Shown piece by piece: positions 1-10,439 of a DNA stretch of 64,000 nucleotides. The stretch spans positions 29,704,932-29,768,931 of the forward strand of contig OZ316892.1 in NCBI GenBank assembly GCA_973895155.1, given 5' to 3'. The first letter of the stretch is position 1. The number at the start of each line of letters is the position of its first letter. The notes under the pieces were generated by a model. It saw only the letters and a program-made list of their open reading frames with translations. It was not told the DNA's origin and did no database searches. Both the position numbers and the translations under genes were made by a program. The stretch comes from Marsupella aquatica (lineage: Eukaryota > Plantae > Marchantiophyta).

Positions 1-188
1 CTATCGAGAATCAGTTCGAGAAAACTCAAATAAGCGTTAATTATATCATCGGTGAGCAACTCGCGCGGTCTCAGACACATCATATATTTCCTCTTGATCG
101 AGTGTTGTAAGAACTTGGTCAATAGCTCTTCCATATCCTTAGAAGGATCAAGGCATTGATCTATTCGACTAGCCAAATTTTCAAAAAA
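1..188 (-). pseudogene. Ulp1/peptidase C48-like exon (N-terminal part of catalytic domain)
   Basis: Manual translation FFENLASRIDQCLDPSKDMEELLTKFLQHSIKRKYMMCLRPRELLTDDIINAYLSFLELILD resembles the Ulp1 'L.P..WLND.IIN.Y..LL' motif. The catalytic triad would lie beyond the window start. Confidence 0.7.
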
Positions 189-1179
189 CTGCAAAAAATA
201 GAGATTTCAGTACGCCTTCAAATAACGTACTGAGGTTGTAGCCTAAGGGTTCTACCTCAGAAAACAGAAACAATAACAAATCAATAATAAAATAATGACG
301 TCTATAATAGAAACTTTAAGCTTATAGCTTGCAAATGACCTTTGGATTGGGTGGATCCGGCCTTTTCGTAGCTGATCTCTTGGGTGCCTCAATCGCAACA
401 ACATCCTTCAGCCCTCCTCGAGACCGCAGTGATCGCTCCACCGGACCAGTTTGCGAAGGTTAGAGCGATGAGGCAGGAAGACCTTCAAATGGTTGTGGCA
501 TTTGATTCAAATATTCCACAATCTGGGAATCCAATTCCAAAATATCCGGTGCCACAATTTCTGCGCGAGTGACCTCTGTAATATATCGGGGTCGAGACCA
601 CGAACCCGATCGCGTCAAGTCAGCTGTTAGTCTCTTAACGACTTGAGCCGAGTCTGGTGCCAAAGACGTTCTCAGGTCTTGCACTCGATTCTCGAAAAAG
701 CGAACATTATTGATGATTGTCTCCATTTTGGATGCAGTGGCAGTCTTCTCCTCGGTAATCAAAAGACCCTTCCAATATTGCAAAGTAAGAACTGTCTGGA
801 CTCGGAGCTGCTCTGGTGAATATTTATTCCAATCATCCAACGAGACCGTACTTAAGGGTGGATGGTTAAATTCAAACTCCGTGCGAAGAAAATAGTCTAA
901 TATTTTCTTCTTAACTGCAATTGAGGGTGAAGAAGGCTTCTTCAAATTCAGCCTTATTTTCGGTAGACGTTGTGCCTCAGGAATAAGCAAAAGATCCTTG
1001 GCCCTCTCGGCCTCCTTCCTCGCTGCCTCCAGTCTTGCGGAATTGACCTTTTTTGCCTCCAACTTCTTCGCCTCCACCCTCTCCGGTCTTGCGGTCTCGT
1101 CCGCCATCCTCTCGGCCAGCAGCCTCTCAGCCGCCACACTCTCCGCCTTGGCCCTATTTGCCTCTGTCACTAAAAGGAC

Positions 1180-1740
1180 TCTCGCAGCCTCCGCTTTCTC
1201 AGCCTGGGCTTTCTCAGCCTGGGCGTTCTTAGCCTCCGCTTTCTCAGCCTGGGCTTTCTCAGCCTGGGCTTTCTCAGCCTCCGCTTTCTCGGCCTCCGCT
1301 TTCTCCGCCTGGGCTTTCTCCGCAACCGCTTTCTCAGCCTGGGCTTTCTCAGCCTCCGCTTTCTCAGCCTGGGCTTTCTCAACCTCCGCTTTCTCCGCCT
1401 CCGCTTTCTCAGCCTCTGCTTTCTCAGCCTCGGCTTTCTTCTTCTTCTTCGCGGCAGTTGCTTTTCTAGCTACTGCCTTTTTCTTCTTAGCCTCCTTCTT
1501 TTGAAGCTCCTCTTGTCGGGATGCCTCCTCCTGCCGGGCCGCCTCCTTCTTTTGAAGCTTCTCTTGCCGGGCCGCCTCCTGCCGGGCCGCCTCCTCTCTG
1601 GCCTCCTCCTGCCGGGCCGCCTCCTTCTTTTGAAGCTCCTCTTGCCGGGCCGCCTCCTGCCGGGCCTCCTCCAGTCGGGCCTCCTCCTGCCGGGCCACCT
1701 CCTCTCTGGCCTCCTCCTGCCGGGCCGCCTCCTCTCGGTC
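1180..1740 (-). repeat. Coding tandem repeats: 15-bp unit (AEKAE/AEKAQ) array and EEAARQ-type array forming a charged helical linker
   Basis: Repeated gctttctcagcctcc/gctttctcagcctgg and gcctcctgccgggcc units inside ORF 460..1914. Confidence 0.9.
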
Positions 1741-2429
1741 CACCTCATGTTGAGGCTCCTGTGTGGCCTCTTCATCAGAGTCCTCAGCGTCCTCAGAACC
1801 CTCCATCTCCTCGTCCTCTTCATCAGCGTCCTCAGCGTCCTTCATCTCCTCTCCGTCACTCTCTTCATCTCCTCTATTGTCGGAATCTCCGACGTCGTTC
1901 TGCGTATTGGTCATCCACTCTGGATCTTGATCATTGACATCCCCATCCGCGTCACCTTCCGCGTCACCTTCCCCCTCACCATCCGCATTACCATTGCTCC
2001 CTGCATCCTCAACATTGAAGCCGCAGTCGACTTGATCTGAATAAAATCAGATCATTTGATAAGAATAACTCACGCGCATATTCGCGTGAAAAGAAATGTT
2101 ATGAATATCCACGCGCATGTTCGCGTGACGCAATAAAAAGTAAGAGGTTTCAAAAGTAACCTACTTTGGATTGGCCCACTAGGGTACTCCGTTGGTCGAA
2201 TGTACAATCGATCGGAATCTTCAGAGAGTGCATACTCTTGCAATAATTGATTACAAATATTATCAGGGATATGTTGTTCGTGGAGGACATCCAAAACATC
2301 AGCCCTGAGAGTAGTTACGGATGGACGGTACTTCATTAATTTATCTATACATTTTTCTATACTAGCCCGTACTGGGTCAATCAATGACAGCGTTGTATCA
2401 ATTGTCACCGTGGTGTGTTGCAAGAAACA

Positions 2430-3080
2430 AGACAACTCCCTATGCGTTGCCACAGGGCAATAATATTTTACATTGGATCCAGCATCCTGTAAAAAAAGCC
2501 AAAATTAGTTCACAATATTAATTGAGAATACAATAATCTAAATAATCTTAAAATCGAAACCCCAAAATATAAATCTCAAAACTTACCATTAAGCACTGGA
2601 TCAAGTTCGTTCCCTCACCGAAGCATATAGCCCATTCCCCACATTGGACGAATTGACTAACAATACTTTCAAAGAATGGAAGTATCTTTTCTGGGGAAGG
2701 TGTCGTGAACTCACCGCTCTCTTCAAAATTGGCTATCTTCTCAATCTGATATTTGGAGACCAATTGGAACTCGAGGGCTTGTGGATCGCCCATTGTGTTG
2801 AAGGCCAAGTTGTGAAAAGCGTAGGTTACAATAAGCTTCTTCTCCTTCGGCCGCTTCTGAATATAATGGCTATCGACAGCAACGTAGTGTGTGTACTTCC
2901 CTAATTCCCGTTTGATTAAGTAAGACTCAACTGGAGAGGCTACAATAATAACCACATGGTGTGGTTTTGCCCCTATCTCGCTAGTAGCACGAAATAACCC
3001 CTCATAGAATGAGCAATTTGGCGGACGCAAATTCCCATTGATGAGGGATCAAAATAAATCAAGCTTGCAAGGTTCTTGTC
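2430..3080 (-). pseudogene. Beta-class N6A/N4C DNA methyltransferase-like domain
   Basis: LASLIYFDPS then a 1-nt frameshift; restoring one base gives LIYFDPS(Y/F)NGNL, compare motif IV 'LIY.DPPYN'. Downstream EKILPFFESIVSQFVQCGEWAICFGEGTNLIQCLM|DAGSNVKYY parallels 'xKP..LL..LI......GD.VLDPF.GSGT...AA...GR..IG'. Motif order IV...X-I is the beta permutation. Motif I is degenerate. Confidence 0.55.
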
Positions 3081-3989
3081 TTCACGTATGATACAGTCTG
3101 CAAACCCAGCATTTTGTATATCCTTCAGGGATCGCAATTTCAGCCTCTCACCGACCGGCCGCACTAGTTGGTTTCCTTGACTATCAACTGATTTTTGTAT
3201 TCCTTCCACCAACTTGTAGAATATCGGGTCGATCTCCTTCAATAAATTATCATTACTAATATTTACATTTAAGCACTTCTTTAGATAACCACTCAACGCA
3301 TCTCTCAACTGCTTCCGCACCATCTTGTCGAGCTTAAAGCGATCAATCATTCCTTTGACCCGCAATTTCCGCGCTGAATCTGTTAGACTTTTCAGCTCCA
3401 TCCGGGTGGATGTATCCCCGTTGAGTTTACTCAATAATAAAATCTCAAACTCAACTTTTGTCTTCTTCTTTATGCAGAATTGCTCCAAACTCATGCTGGT
3501 CGTTGACAACACTGGAGCCTCAGAGGACTTCCTCGTCTTCCCAAATTTCACTTTGATGCTTCAGTTTTTGAGTATAGACAATCTTCCGCTCAACATATAT
3601 TCCGCTGCCTTTCGAAGAACCGAGTCTGAGCACCCTTGACAAGAACGAAACGTCTTCTTCAGAAGATGATAAGCACATGGATTATCCGCAATTTTGACGG
3701 CGTCCCTCTGTAAAATTCCGTTGTAAATTACAAGCTCTCCTGTCCTTGATAGTTCGTAGACCTCCATCCACTTCTTGAATGTTTCGTCCTCCATTGTAAA
3801 GAGAAACGGAGCCAATTCTCCAAATTTCATCATTTCGTTCTTCTCCATTTGAGCCCATGGGCAAACAAAACTTGTAGCTCTCATAAATACCTGAAAAACA
3901 ATGGAAACATGACAATTCTAAGCTTGACGCGACCGTTCGCGTGAAAAAAGTTTAAACGATAATGTGATCGAAGAGGGTTATTTATATAC

Positions 3990-4547
3990 CTCCCAATTTG
4001 GATGACGATAATGTGATCCAGGCCGCCCAAATGAGTTCCAGATATTACGACACTGTCGTACAATGGTAAGAAACTATCCTTCTTCCATTGATGTTTGATG
4101 ACAGTGGTTCAGAGCTTTCGATAATCCCATCAAATGAACATTATTGTCGTTGTTGAGCGTTGCCCAAAACATTACAACTTCTACAGTACCGCAAGCGTCT
4201 CGTACAACTTGGCTGACTTTATCGTCCTCTTTCAGCAATTTGTACGCCATTATTGTGTGCTGGCCTCCGAGTATCCAGAAATGACTGGTCATAATGTCCT
4301 CCTCCTTTGGCGATGAATCGTAGGGCACCCCATTGTAGTCGGGATCTCTGTTGGCCTCCAACTGAACCCACTTCACAGGGACTAAAAAGCAGCATCGCTT
4401 CTCGAACTTTATAGCCGAATGAGAGAGGAGTGAATTCTTTAGCCTATCTGTGTAATCCTGATTCCACTCTCGGCACTTGATGTGGTCCGGTGCAAGATGA
4501 CAATGTGATGTTTCAACCAAAAATGACTTGCTGTTTAATATATTCAC
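3990..4547 (-). pseudogene. ParB/Srx-like N-terminal domain
   Basis: CREWNQDYTDRLKNSLLSH...FWILGGQHTIMAYKLL...VEVVMFW...LSKALN resembles the ParB N-terminal pattern (R..d...v..L..Si ... iidGxHR..A ... v.v ... N). The arginine patch is degenerate (GGQHT). Confidence 0.55.
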
Positions 4548-5301
4548 AGCACTATATTCTTGAGGAAAGAATCGAACAGAGCCCCGACATTCGCTGAGGT
4601 AATTACTTTCGGAAGATTCTCCGCCGAGTATACTTCAACCTTGCTCACTGGCGGGGCCTTTCCTAAGCAAAATCCCTGGTTGAAAGGAACTCTCTGGAAC
4701 TCAAGTACGTCAATAATGTATTGACAAATCAAATCTCCCGTTGATCCCTCTGGATCGGAAGGATATCCCACACTAGTAACCTTTTCCAAGGCGTGCCTTG
4801 CACCTAGAAGATCATCGATTCTGGGCTGATTGAAGGTTACATATTGCGTTCGATCCAAATAAATGCTTATTTTGTCTTCCTGCTGGTCGTCGCTGACTAG
4901 CAGAACCAATCCCTCTGTACACTCTTTAACTTTCATGTTCTTCTCAAAGAAACACCCAAGAATTTTTTATCTCTCCAAAACTGTAGCTTTATCATTTTTG
5001 CCACCACAAGACGGATAGTCCCATTGCGAACGACTATTCCAAAATTGGATATCTCAGTCGATTCAAAGAGATGGATACTCTTTGTCTCCGTTGTTCTCTC
5101 TCTGATTGACTTTCCTCGATATGCAAGTATGGATGTCTCCACGGGAGTCATTTTTGTCTTGGTTTTCTTACGAGAAGCAGCTTTAGACAAGTCTCTTTTC
5201 CGCTTTGAGGTTCCGGTAGGATCCATTCTGAAACAGACAAATATTGAAAGTTAAACGTTTATTATAAAATACTAACACGCGCATGGTTGCGTCGTGCCAA
5301 A

Positions 5302-5835
5302 TTACATTTTAGGAATATTTATCCTGACCCAATCTTCTCGCTCTGAATCTTCATCTAACCAAAACCAAAGGTTCCTAAACGTGTCAAGTTCAGATCCTTC
5401 AAATCCACCCACAATGTCCAGCGGCGGGAGAGTTCTGATGGATTCTGTAAATCTTAATGCTACACTCCGTGAAGTCAAATGCCTTCGAAGCGATTCATAT
5501 CCTGGTCTATCAGTGAAGTCGTAAGCAACCAAGGTGACCGTCGCCCAAGTACTACTATAAGTAACTATGTGGCACCACTTCTTACTGACTGTTTGAATGG
5601 CGATCAAGTCCATGACCCAATTTTTAATCGTAGTATCCGACAAATTCCCAAGACAGTGGAAAAACTCTTTGACTAATGGCCAAATATATTTCTCGACAAT
5701 ATCGTCCAGAAGACCGGGTATTAGGTCTTTAGCTTGACTCCATATCATGTTTCGGTTGATAACCTTTGCACGTGCAATGCGCTCCATCATCATTTGACGA
5801 TGAGATTTTTGATTCATGTCAAAGGACTGCAGCAT
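5302..5835 (-). CDS. F-box-like protein 1 (split F-box), TE cargo
   Basis: LIPGLLDDIVEKYIWPLV ... IQTVSKKWCHIV; intronless and open; likely start is ATG 5817 after a putative acceptor. Confidence 0.65.
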   Translation of the reverse strand: MLQSFDMNQKSHRQMMMERIARAKVINRNMIWSQAKDLIPGLLDDIVEKYIWPLVKEFFHCLGNLSDTTIKNWVMDLIAIQTVSKKWCHIVTYSSTWATVTLVAYDFTDRPGYESLRRHLTSRSVALRFTESIRTLPPLDIVGGFEGSELDTFRNLWFWLDEDSEREDWVRINIPKM

Positions 5836-5869
5836 AATATGGAAACGATTAAGAACAAGAACCTATCCA

Positions 5870-6439
5870 TTAAGAACTGGGACCACCAAGATTCTGAGAA
5901 AATCTACCAAACCTTTCAATTAGGACATCTCGTTCTTCCTCATCTAAATTGTTATATTTGTTCGTAAACAATGCAATTTTGTCAGAAGTAGTAGTCCCAA
6001 GAACATATATTTTTGGAAGCATAGAAATATCCTGTCGAATAACTCGACAGACTGAGTCAAACTCCAACTCGTCAATTTTGGGTATGTCGTAAAGAGCATC
6101 ATTTGCGACATTGATAATCCGGTTTGCTTGTTTGAGGATAGCCCATAATCTTGTATTTGTAACTAAAAAGTTCCACTTCTTGCTATAAGCTCCAAGCCGA
6201 ATAAGGTCTCGGACCCTATTGATAACCAAATTGTTATCGAGGTGTCGATATCCACGCAATCTTTCAATTAAAATAAAGTGTTCGTAGAGTATTGGCCAAA
6301 TGTTTGAAATGACCAAAATATCTGGTATTCCTCCAATGAGACTAGAGGAGGATTTATCCAGTGTATCTCATATTGTTTTTTGTTTCCTTTCATGAGATGA
6401 AAGTCCGAAATCTCGACCCTCATTCAAAAGTTGGCTCAT
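5870..6439 (-). pseudogene. F-box-like protein 2, TE cargo, one premature TGA
   Basis: ATG 6439 is in frame with ORF 5870..6316, with TGA at 6368-6370; LIGGIPDILVISNIWPIL ... LGAYSKKWNFLV. Confidence 0.6.
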
Positions 6440-6504
6440 CCTGCTTTTATCATATCACAAAACATTGTTAGAAGACATACGACGTGCTTGGTCACGTAAG
6501 TTAA

Positions 6505-7056
6505 CTAGAATTCCTTAAAAGCGTAGATGTCACCCTCAAGGTATCCAACTTCGTGGCATCTGACTGTAAATTTCCATTTTTCAAGAGGGTGAAGAGCATC
6601 GTAAGTCTTCGTGAAGAGTTCCCTAAGATCTCTGGACATTGACCCCATGAATTTAATTCTTGTGTATCTCTGGAAGAAATTTTGAACTGTCGATGAGAGA
6701 GACTCATTTCTGATCGGTTTAGTAGGATTTCGTGGGAAAGCCAAATCTAATAAACTCAACTTGATTACACCCAGAAGATAGGTATTCCCAACAAGGTGGC
6801 GCCATCTGCGACACACCGAAGATAGTCCTACAAACTCATCCAATTCCTTTATTGAGAAATTTCCTGCATTAGCCGAGGAATTAAAAGTCTCCTTGATCCG
6901 AGGCCATATCAATTCCGCGACAATGAAATCTGGAAGTCCAGGTAGTAGTGTTTCAACAAATACAGAATATCCCGCCAGTAGACCATCTTGGCTTCTATCC
7001 AAAACGTCAAATATTGGGCATAGATATCTGAAGCTCTCCAGACCAGGTTTGCCCAT
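6505..7056 (-). CDS. F-box-like protein 3 (split F-box), TE cargo
   Basis: LLPGLPDFIVAELIWPRI ... LSSVCRRWRHLV; intronless open 183-aa ORF. Confidence 0.7.
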   Translation of the reverse strand: MGKPGLESFRYLCPIFDVLDRSQDGLLAGYSVFVETLLPGLPDFIVAELIWPRIKETFNSSANAGNFSIKELDEFVGLSSVCRRWRHLVGNTYLLGVIKLSLLDLAFPRNPTKPIRNESLSSTVQNFFQRYTRIKFMGSMSRDLRELFTKTYDALHPLEKWKFTVRCHEVGYLEGDIYAFKEF

Positions 7057-7194
7057 GACTCTTTTCAGCCAAATGATATATCCCAGAGATTATTTTCACG
7101 CGACTGGTCGCGTCTACAAATCAGAATGTATAAACAATTCTTTGAGAGACTGATTTTTTTGGGTCACAACGTGACAAATCATAAATGTTGCTTC

Positions 7195-7835
7195 GTCCTC
7201 TAACAGAACTAGTCAATGAGAGAGCTACCTCAAACGCGACTGGTCGCGTCAACTGATCCTAAAAGGAACCTTACCTCCTCTAACAGAACCAATCAATGAG
7301 AGCTACCTCAGACGCGACTGGTCGCGTCAACTACTCCTAAATGAAACCTTACCTCCTCTAACAGAACCAGTCAATGAGAGATCTACCTCAGACGCGACTA
7401 GTCGCGTCAACTGGTCCTAAAAGGAACCTTACCTCCTCTAACAGAACCAGTCAATGAGAGAGCTACCTCAGACGCGATTGGTCACGTCAACTGAACCTAA
7501 ACAACTATATCCACTGAACCTTCCCTGTGGAGATTTGGATATGGTACGCGCTCAGTAAATCTATCATGTTTCCTTCTGACACGCGACCGGTCGCGTCAAC
7601 TGGTCCTAAAAGGAACCTTACCTCCTCTAACAGAACCAGTCAATGAGAGAGCTACCTGACGCGACTGGTCGCGTCAACTGAACCTAAACAACTATATCCA
7701 CTGAACCTTCCTTGTGGAGATTTGGATATGGTATGCGCTTAGTAAATCTATCCAGTTTCCTTCTCACACGCGACTGGTCGCGTCAACTAGTCCTAAAAGG
7801 AACCTCACAATATTTTCACGCGACTGGTCGCGGCA
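7195..7835. repeat. Tandem array of ~79-bp units (plus two longer variant units), each with the GACGCGACTGGTCGCGTC palindrome
   Basis: Unit cctcctctaacagaaccagtcaatgagagagctacctcagacgcgactggtcgcgtcaactggtcctaaaaggaacctta; palindromes at 7233, 7311, 7391, 7471, 7580, 7658, 7767, 7817. Confidence 0.92.
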
Positions 7836-8917
7836 ACAGCTCAAACAAATTTTGGACAATAGGATAATACAATGATACAACTGTGATTACTGACCCGTAC
7901 GGACAAGGAAATCCGAGTAAGCATGATTTCATTCATTTGTATTCATTCATGAACTTTACAATAATTCAGATGTTTGAGCTCTGTCATTGTGAAACTATTA
8001 TATATCATAAGTTTAGAGAATGATCCAGCTAAGATGATTCAATTTAGCAGTCTACTGGTTGTATTCGTCAATTAAAGGATTCAGTGTAATGAGATTCACA
8101 TAACATGAGAGTTTATATGATTAAATTCACAGCGTGCAAGTTTGTAATGACTTACTTAAGACGATTCAGGTTGTATTTTAATTAGTGAGTTTGTATGATT
8201 AACACATATTTGAGTTTCCAAACAAACCGCATTATGAAAACTCAGCTTAACAATCAAGAGAAATTTTAGCAAACCACAATCAACACCAGCAGAAAATGTA
8301 GAAATTGCACCTGAATTCTAAAAAATTGATGTAATCGTCTGAGAGATTGACGTCCAAGCACTTGAAGACCTTGCTGCGGCATTCCAGAAAGTAAATATAA
8401 GATTGAAGATATTAATATGCTAAGCAACAACAACACAGCTTCTATACTTCTATACATAGAGCTTCGCTGCCACCAATTGAATAACATGTGCTTAATGCTA
8501 AGGAACTCATTATGTCGAGTTAAAAAGACTCTTTCAGAAGTACAATCAAAGCTGTGGATAGGCAAACTGAGCATGAATAAAAGCGCACTAAACTTGAAGA
8601 TTCAAAGAGGTGAAACAAACCTGAATGCTGAATGGAAGGAGCTGAAACAAGCTGCCAAAAAGTAGTTCGAGCTGCTGAAACACGTTGATCGAGCTGATAT
8701 GAGCTTAAAATTGGCTGACACGAGCTAATACAAGCACTCCCAAAAAACTAGCTGCAATGAACTAGCAAACTAGAAGTGAATACGAGCTGTAAATGCGAGC
8801 TGTAACGCACCAACGAGCTCCTGGTCGAAATGATCAACAACTACTAAGAGTTGCAATGCGCCGACAAGCACCTGACCACAACGAACGAGCTGCAACGACA
8901 AAAATGAAATCCAAGGC

Positions 8918-9130
8918 AGGAGCGAGAGCGAGAGCGAGAACGACGAGAGCGAGAGCGACGAGAGCGAGAGCGATGAGAGTGAGAGCGAGAGTGATGAGAG
9001 CGAGAGCGACGAGAGCAGGCGTGCGAAAGTCTAGGGAGCGAGAAACAACAACAATGAACAGTGAACTCGAGACCGTGGGCGCCGACACTAAGGAAGGACT
9101 AATTAGGGTATTGTTTTAGCATAACCCTAA
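8918..9130 (-). promoter_or_regulatory. Putative promoter/5' leader for the minus-strand cargo unit: (GAGAGC)n tract (CT-rich on minus strand) and telo-box-like motifs
   Basis: (gagagc/gacgagagc)n at 8920-9016; ttagggt at ~9103 and aaccctaa at ~9123. CT-rich 5' UTRs and telo-boxes are typical of plant promoters; function is inferred. Confidence 0.35.
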
Positions 9131-10439
9131 TAACAGCCTAGCGACAGAAAGGTTCCAGATGATCTCCGTACACTCCACCATCGACTGAACAAACTATGCA
9201 ATCGTGAAAAAAAGATTACCGGATTCCTTTTGATTTGCCGTACTAAAGGAGATTTCTATTTGATCGCCAATTTGCAATTTAAACTGGTAATTATGCAACT
9301 GCAAAAGATTGTTAGTGGGGACCCCCGGATCCGGATCCGTATCTTCACTATATCTGCCAATTCAAATCCAAAATGTAAACGAACGACAACTTTCTCACGA
9401 TCGTTCCATCACGTAGTGGAGGCGAACTTCAAAATCATTACATTTTGGTAGTGGAGACCGTCGGATCCGGATCCGTACTCCACTCTCTATCTTGCCAATT
9501 CAAACCCATACTCTAAACAACATAGAACGATTCTCACGGTCGGGGAGAACCGATATTCAAAATCAATCCTGTACAATGATTCTCACGACTGGAGACTCAA
9601 CCAATTTTCAAAATCAAAATCGAGTCCAGATGAACACATCCTCCATGGAGTCAATAGACTAATCTCATTGCTCACGGATCATTCTTCATTTTCAGTTTCT
9701 CCTGACCAGGATACTAGCTGGGCTCTCAGCGGAGGCTGATCCAAGGCACATTTGAGGTAGAGCAAATTGGATCATTCGACTATTCCAGTCGGAGGCGGAG
9801 CTCATTCAAGCAACGCTGGCGCAGTTCTTGTTGTATCACCTTCAATCTTGGGGAGAGCACATCCGATCAAGCGGGAGAGTTGCAACAAAGCGAGACGATA
9901 AACATTTAGAACCTCCATAGTCTGCCTCGTTCATCAAAGCATTCTAGTGGACCAAAAAAGAGCGGCTATTTTGAAATCACAGTCTGGTCGAGGATTTTGA
10001 TCTTGATACGATCAACAAGTTGTCATTCTCTGGTGGTGGGATTCGATCACGATACTCAAGGAAATTGGAGTTCAAAGAAGGAGGCTTAGTTGGCTGGGAC
10101 GAGGAGGCTACGCTGGAAGGAAGAGGCTTGGCTGAGAGGAGGGTTTCCGCCAACATCGGAGGGTTGCCGCCAACATTGCTGAGACCACACGCAACTGAAT
10201 AACTTGTAAGTATCAATCAGCATTAATTCCGCAATAAATGAGGAGAGTAGTTGCCTTAAATCACGCATTCAATGCATGAATTGAGTCAATGAAGTTATGG
10301 TCCAATTTCTCACTCTGATTTTGATCAATCCATGTTTCAAGTCCAATACAGAAGCAATGTATCAGAAGTACTAGTAGAGGATCCGAATGAATTCTCTAGT
10401 CTAAAATTGTATGGCGTTCAAGTATAGTTATCCGTACGT

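Larger units (their letters stand above)
1..5226 (-). pseudogene. Multi-exon ParB-like / DNA amino-methyltransferase-like / acidic-coiled-coil / Ulp1 protease fusion gene (disrupted, runs off window)
   Basis: ORF pieces join through GT-AG introns 3891-3989, 2487-2586, 2037-2164 and ~189-339 in compatible phases. In-frame stops at 4074 (TAG), 3561 (TGA) and 460 (TAA) all fit C>T changes. Frameshifts near 4935, 4545 and 3040. Starts MDPTGTSKRKR (basic, NLS-like). Confidence 0.7.

Noticed and set aside
954-2040. Plus-strand and alternative-frame ORFs (998..1504, 1501..2040, 1521..1937, 1170..1382, 1470..1823)
   Set aside because: Shadow frames of the low-complexity coding repeats in the minus-strand gene.
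4544-4936. ATGA/GTGA 4-bp ORF overlaps suggesting prokaryotic translational coupling
   Set aside because: The gene has spliceosomal introns and other disruptions; frameshifts in a pseudogene explain the overlaps more simply.
7195-7835. CRISPR-like appearance (regularly spaced palindromic repeats)
   Set aside because: The sequences between palindromes are themselves repeated rather than unique spacers; no cas genes; eukaryotic context.
8793-9119. 108-aa Arg/Ala-rich ORF and its antisense ORF
   Set aside because: Produced by the (GAGAGC)n simple repeat.
9630-10202. Possible decayed plus-strand cargo ORF
   Set aside because: About five in-frame stops and no recognisable motif; cannot be told from noncoding DNA without paralogs.
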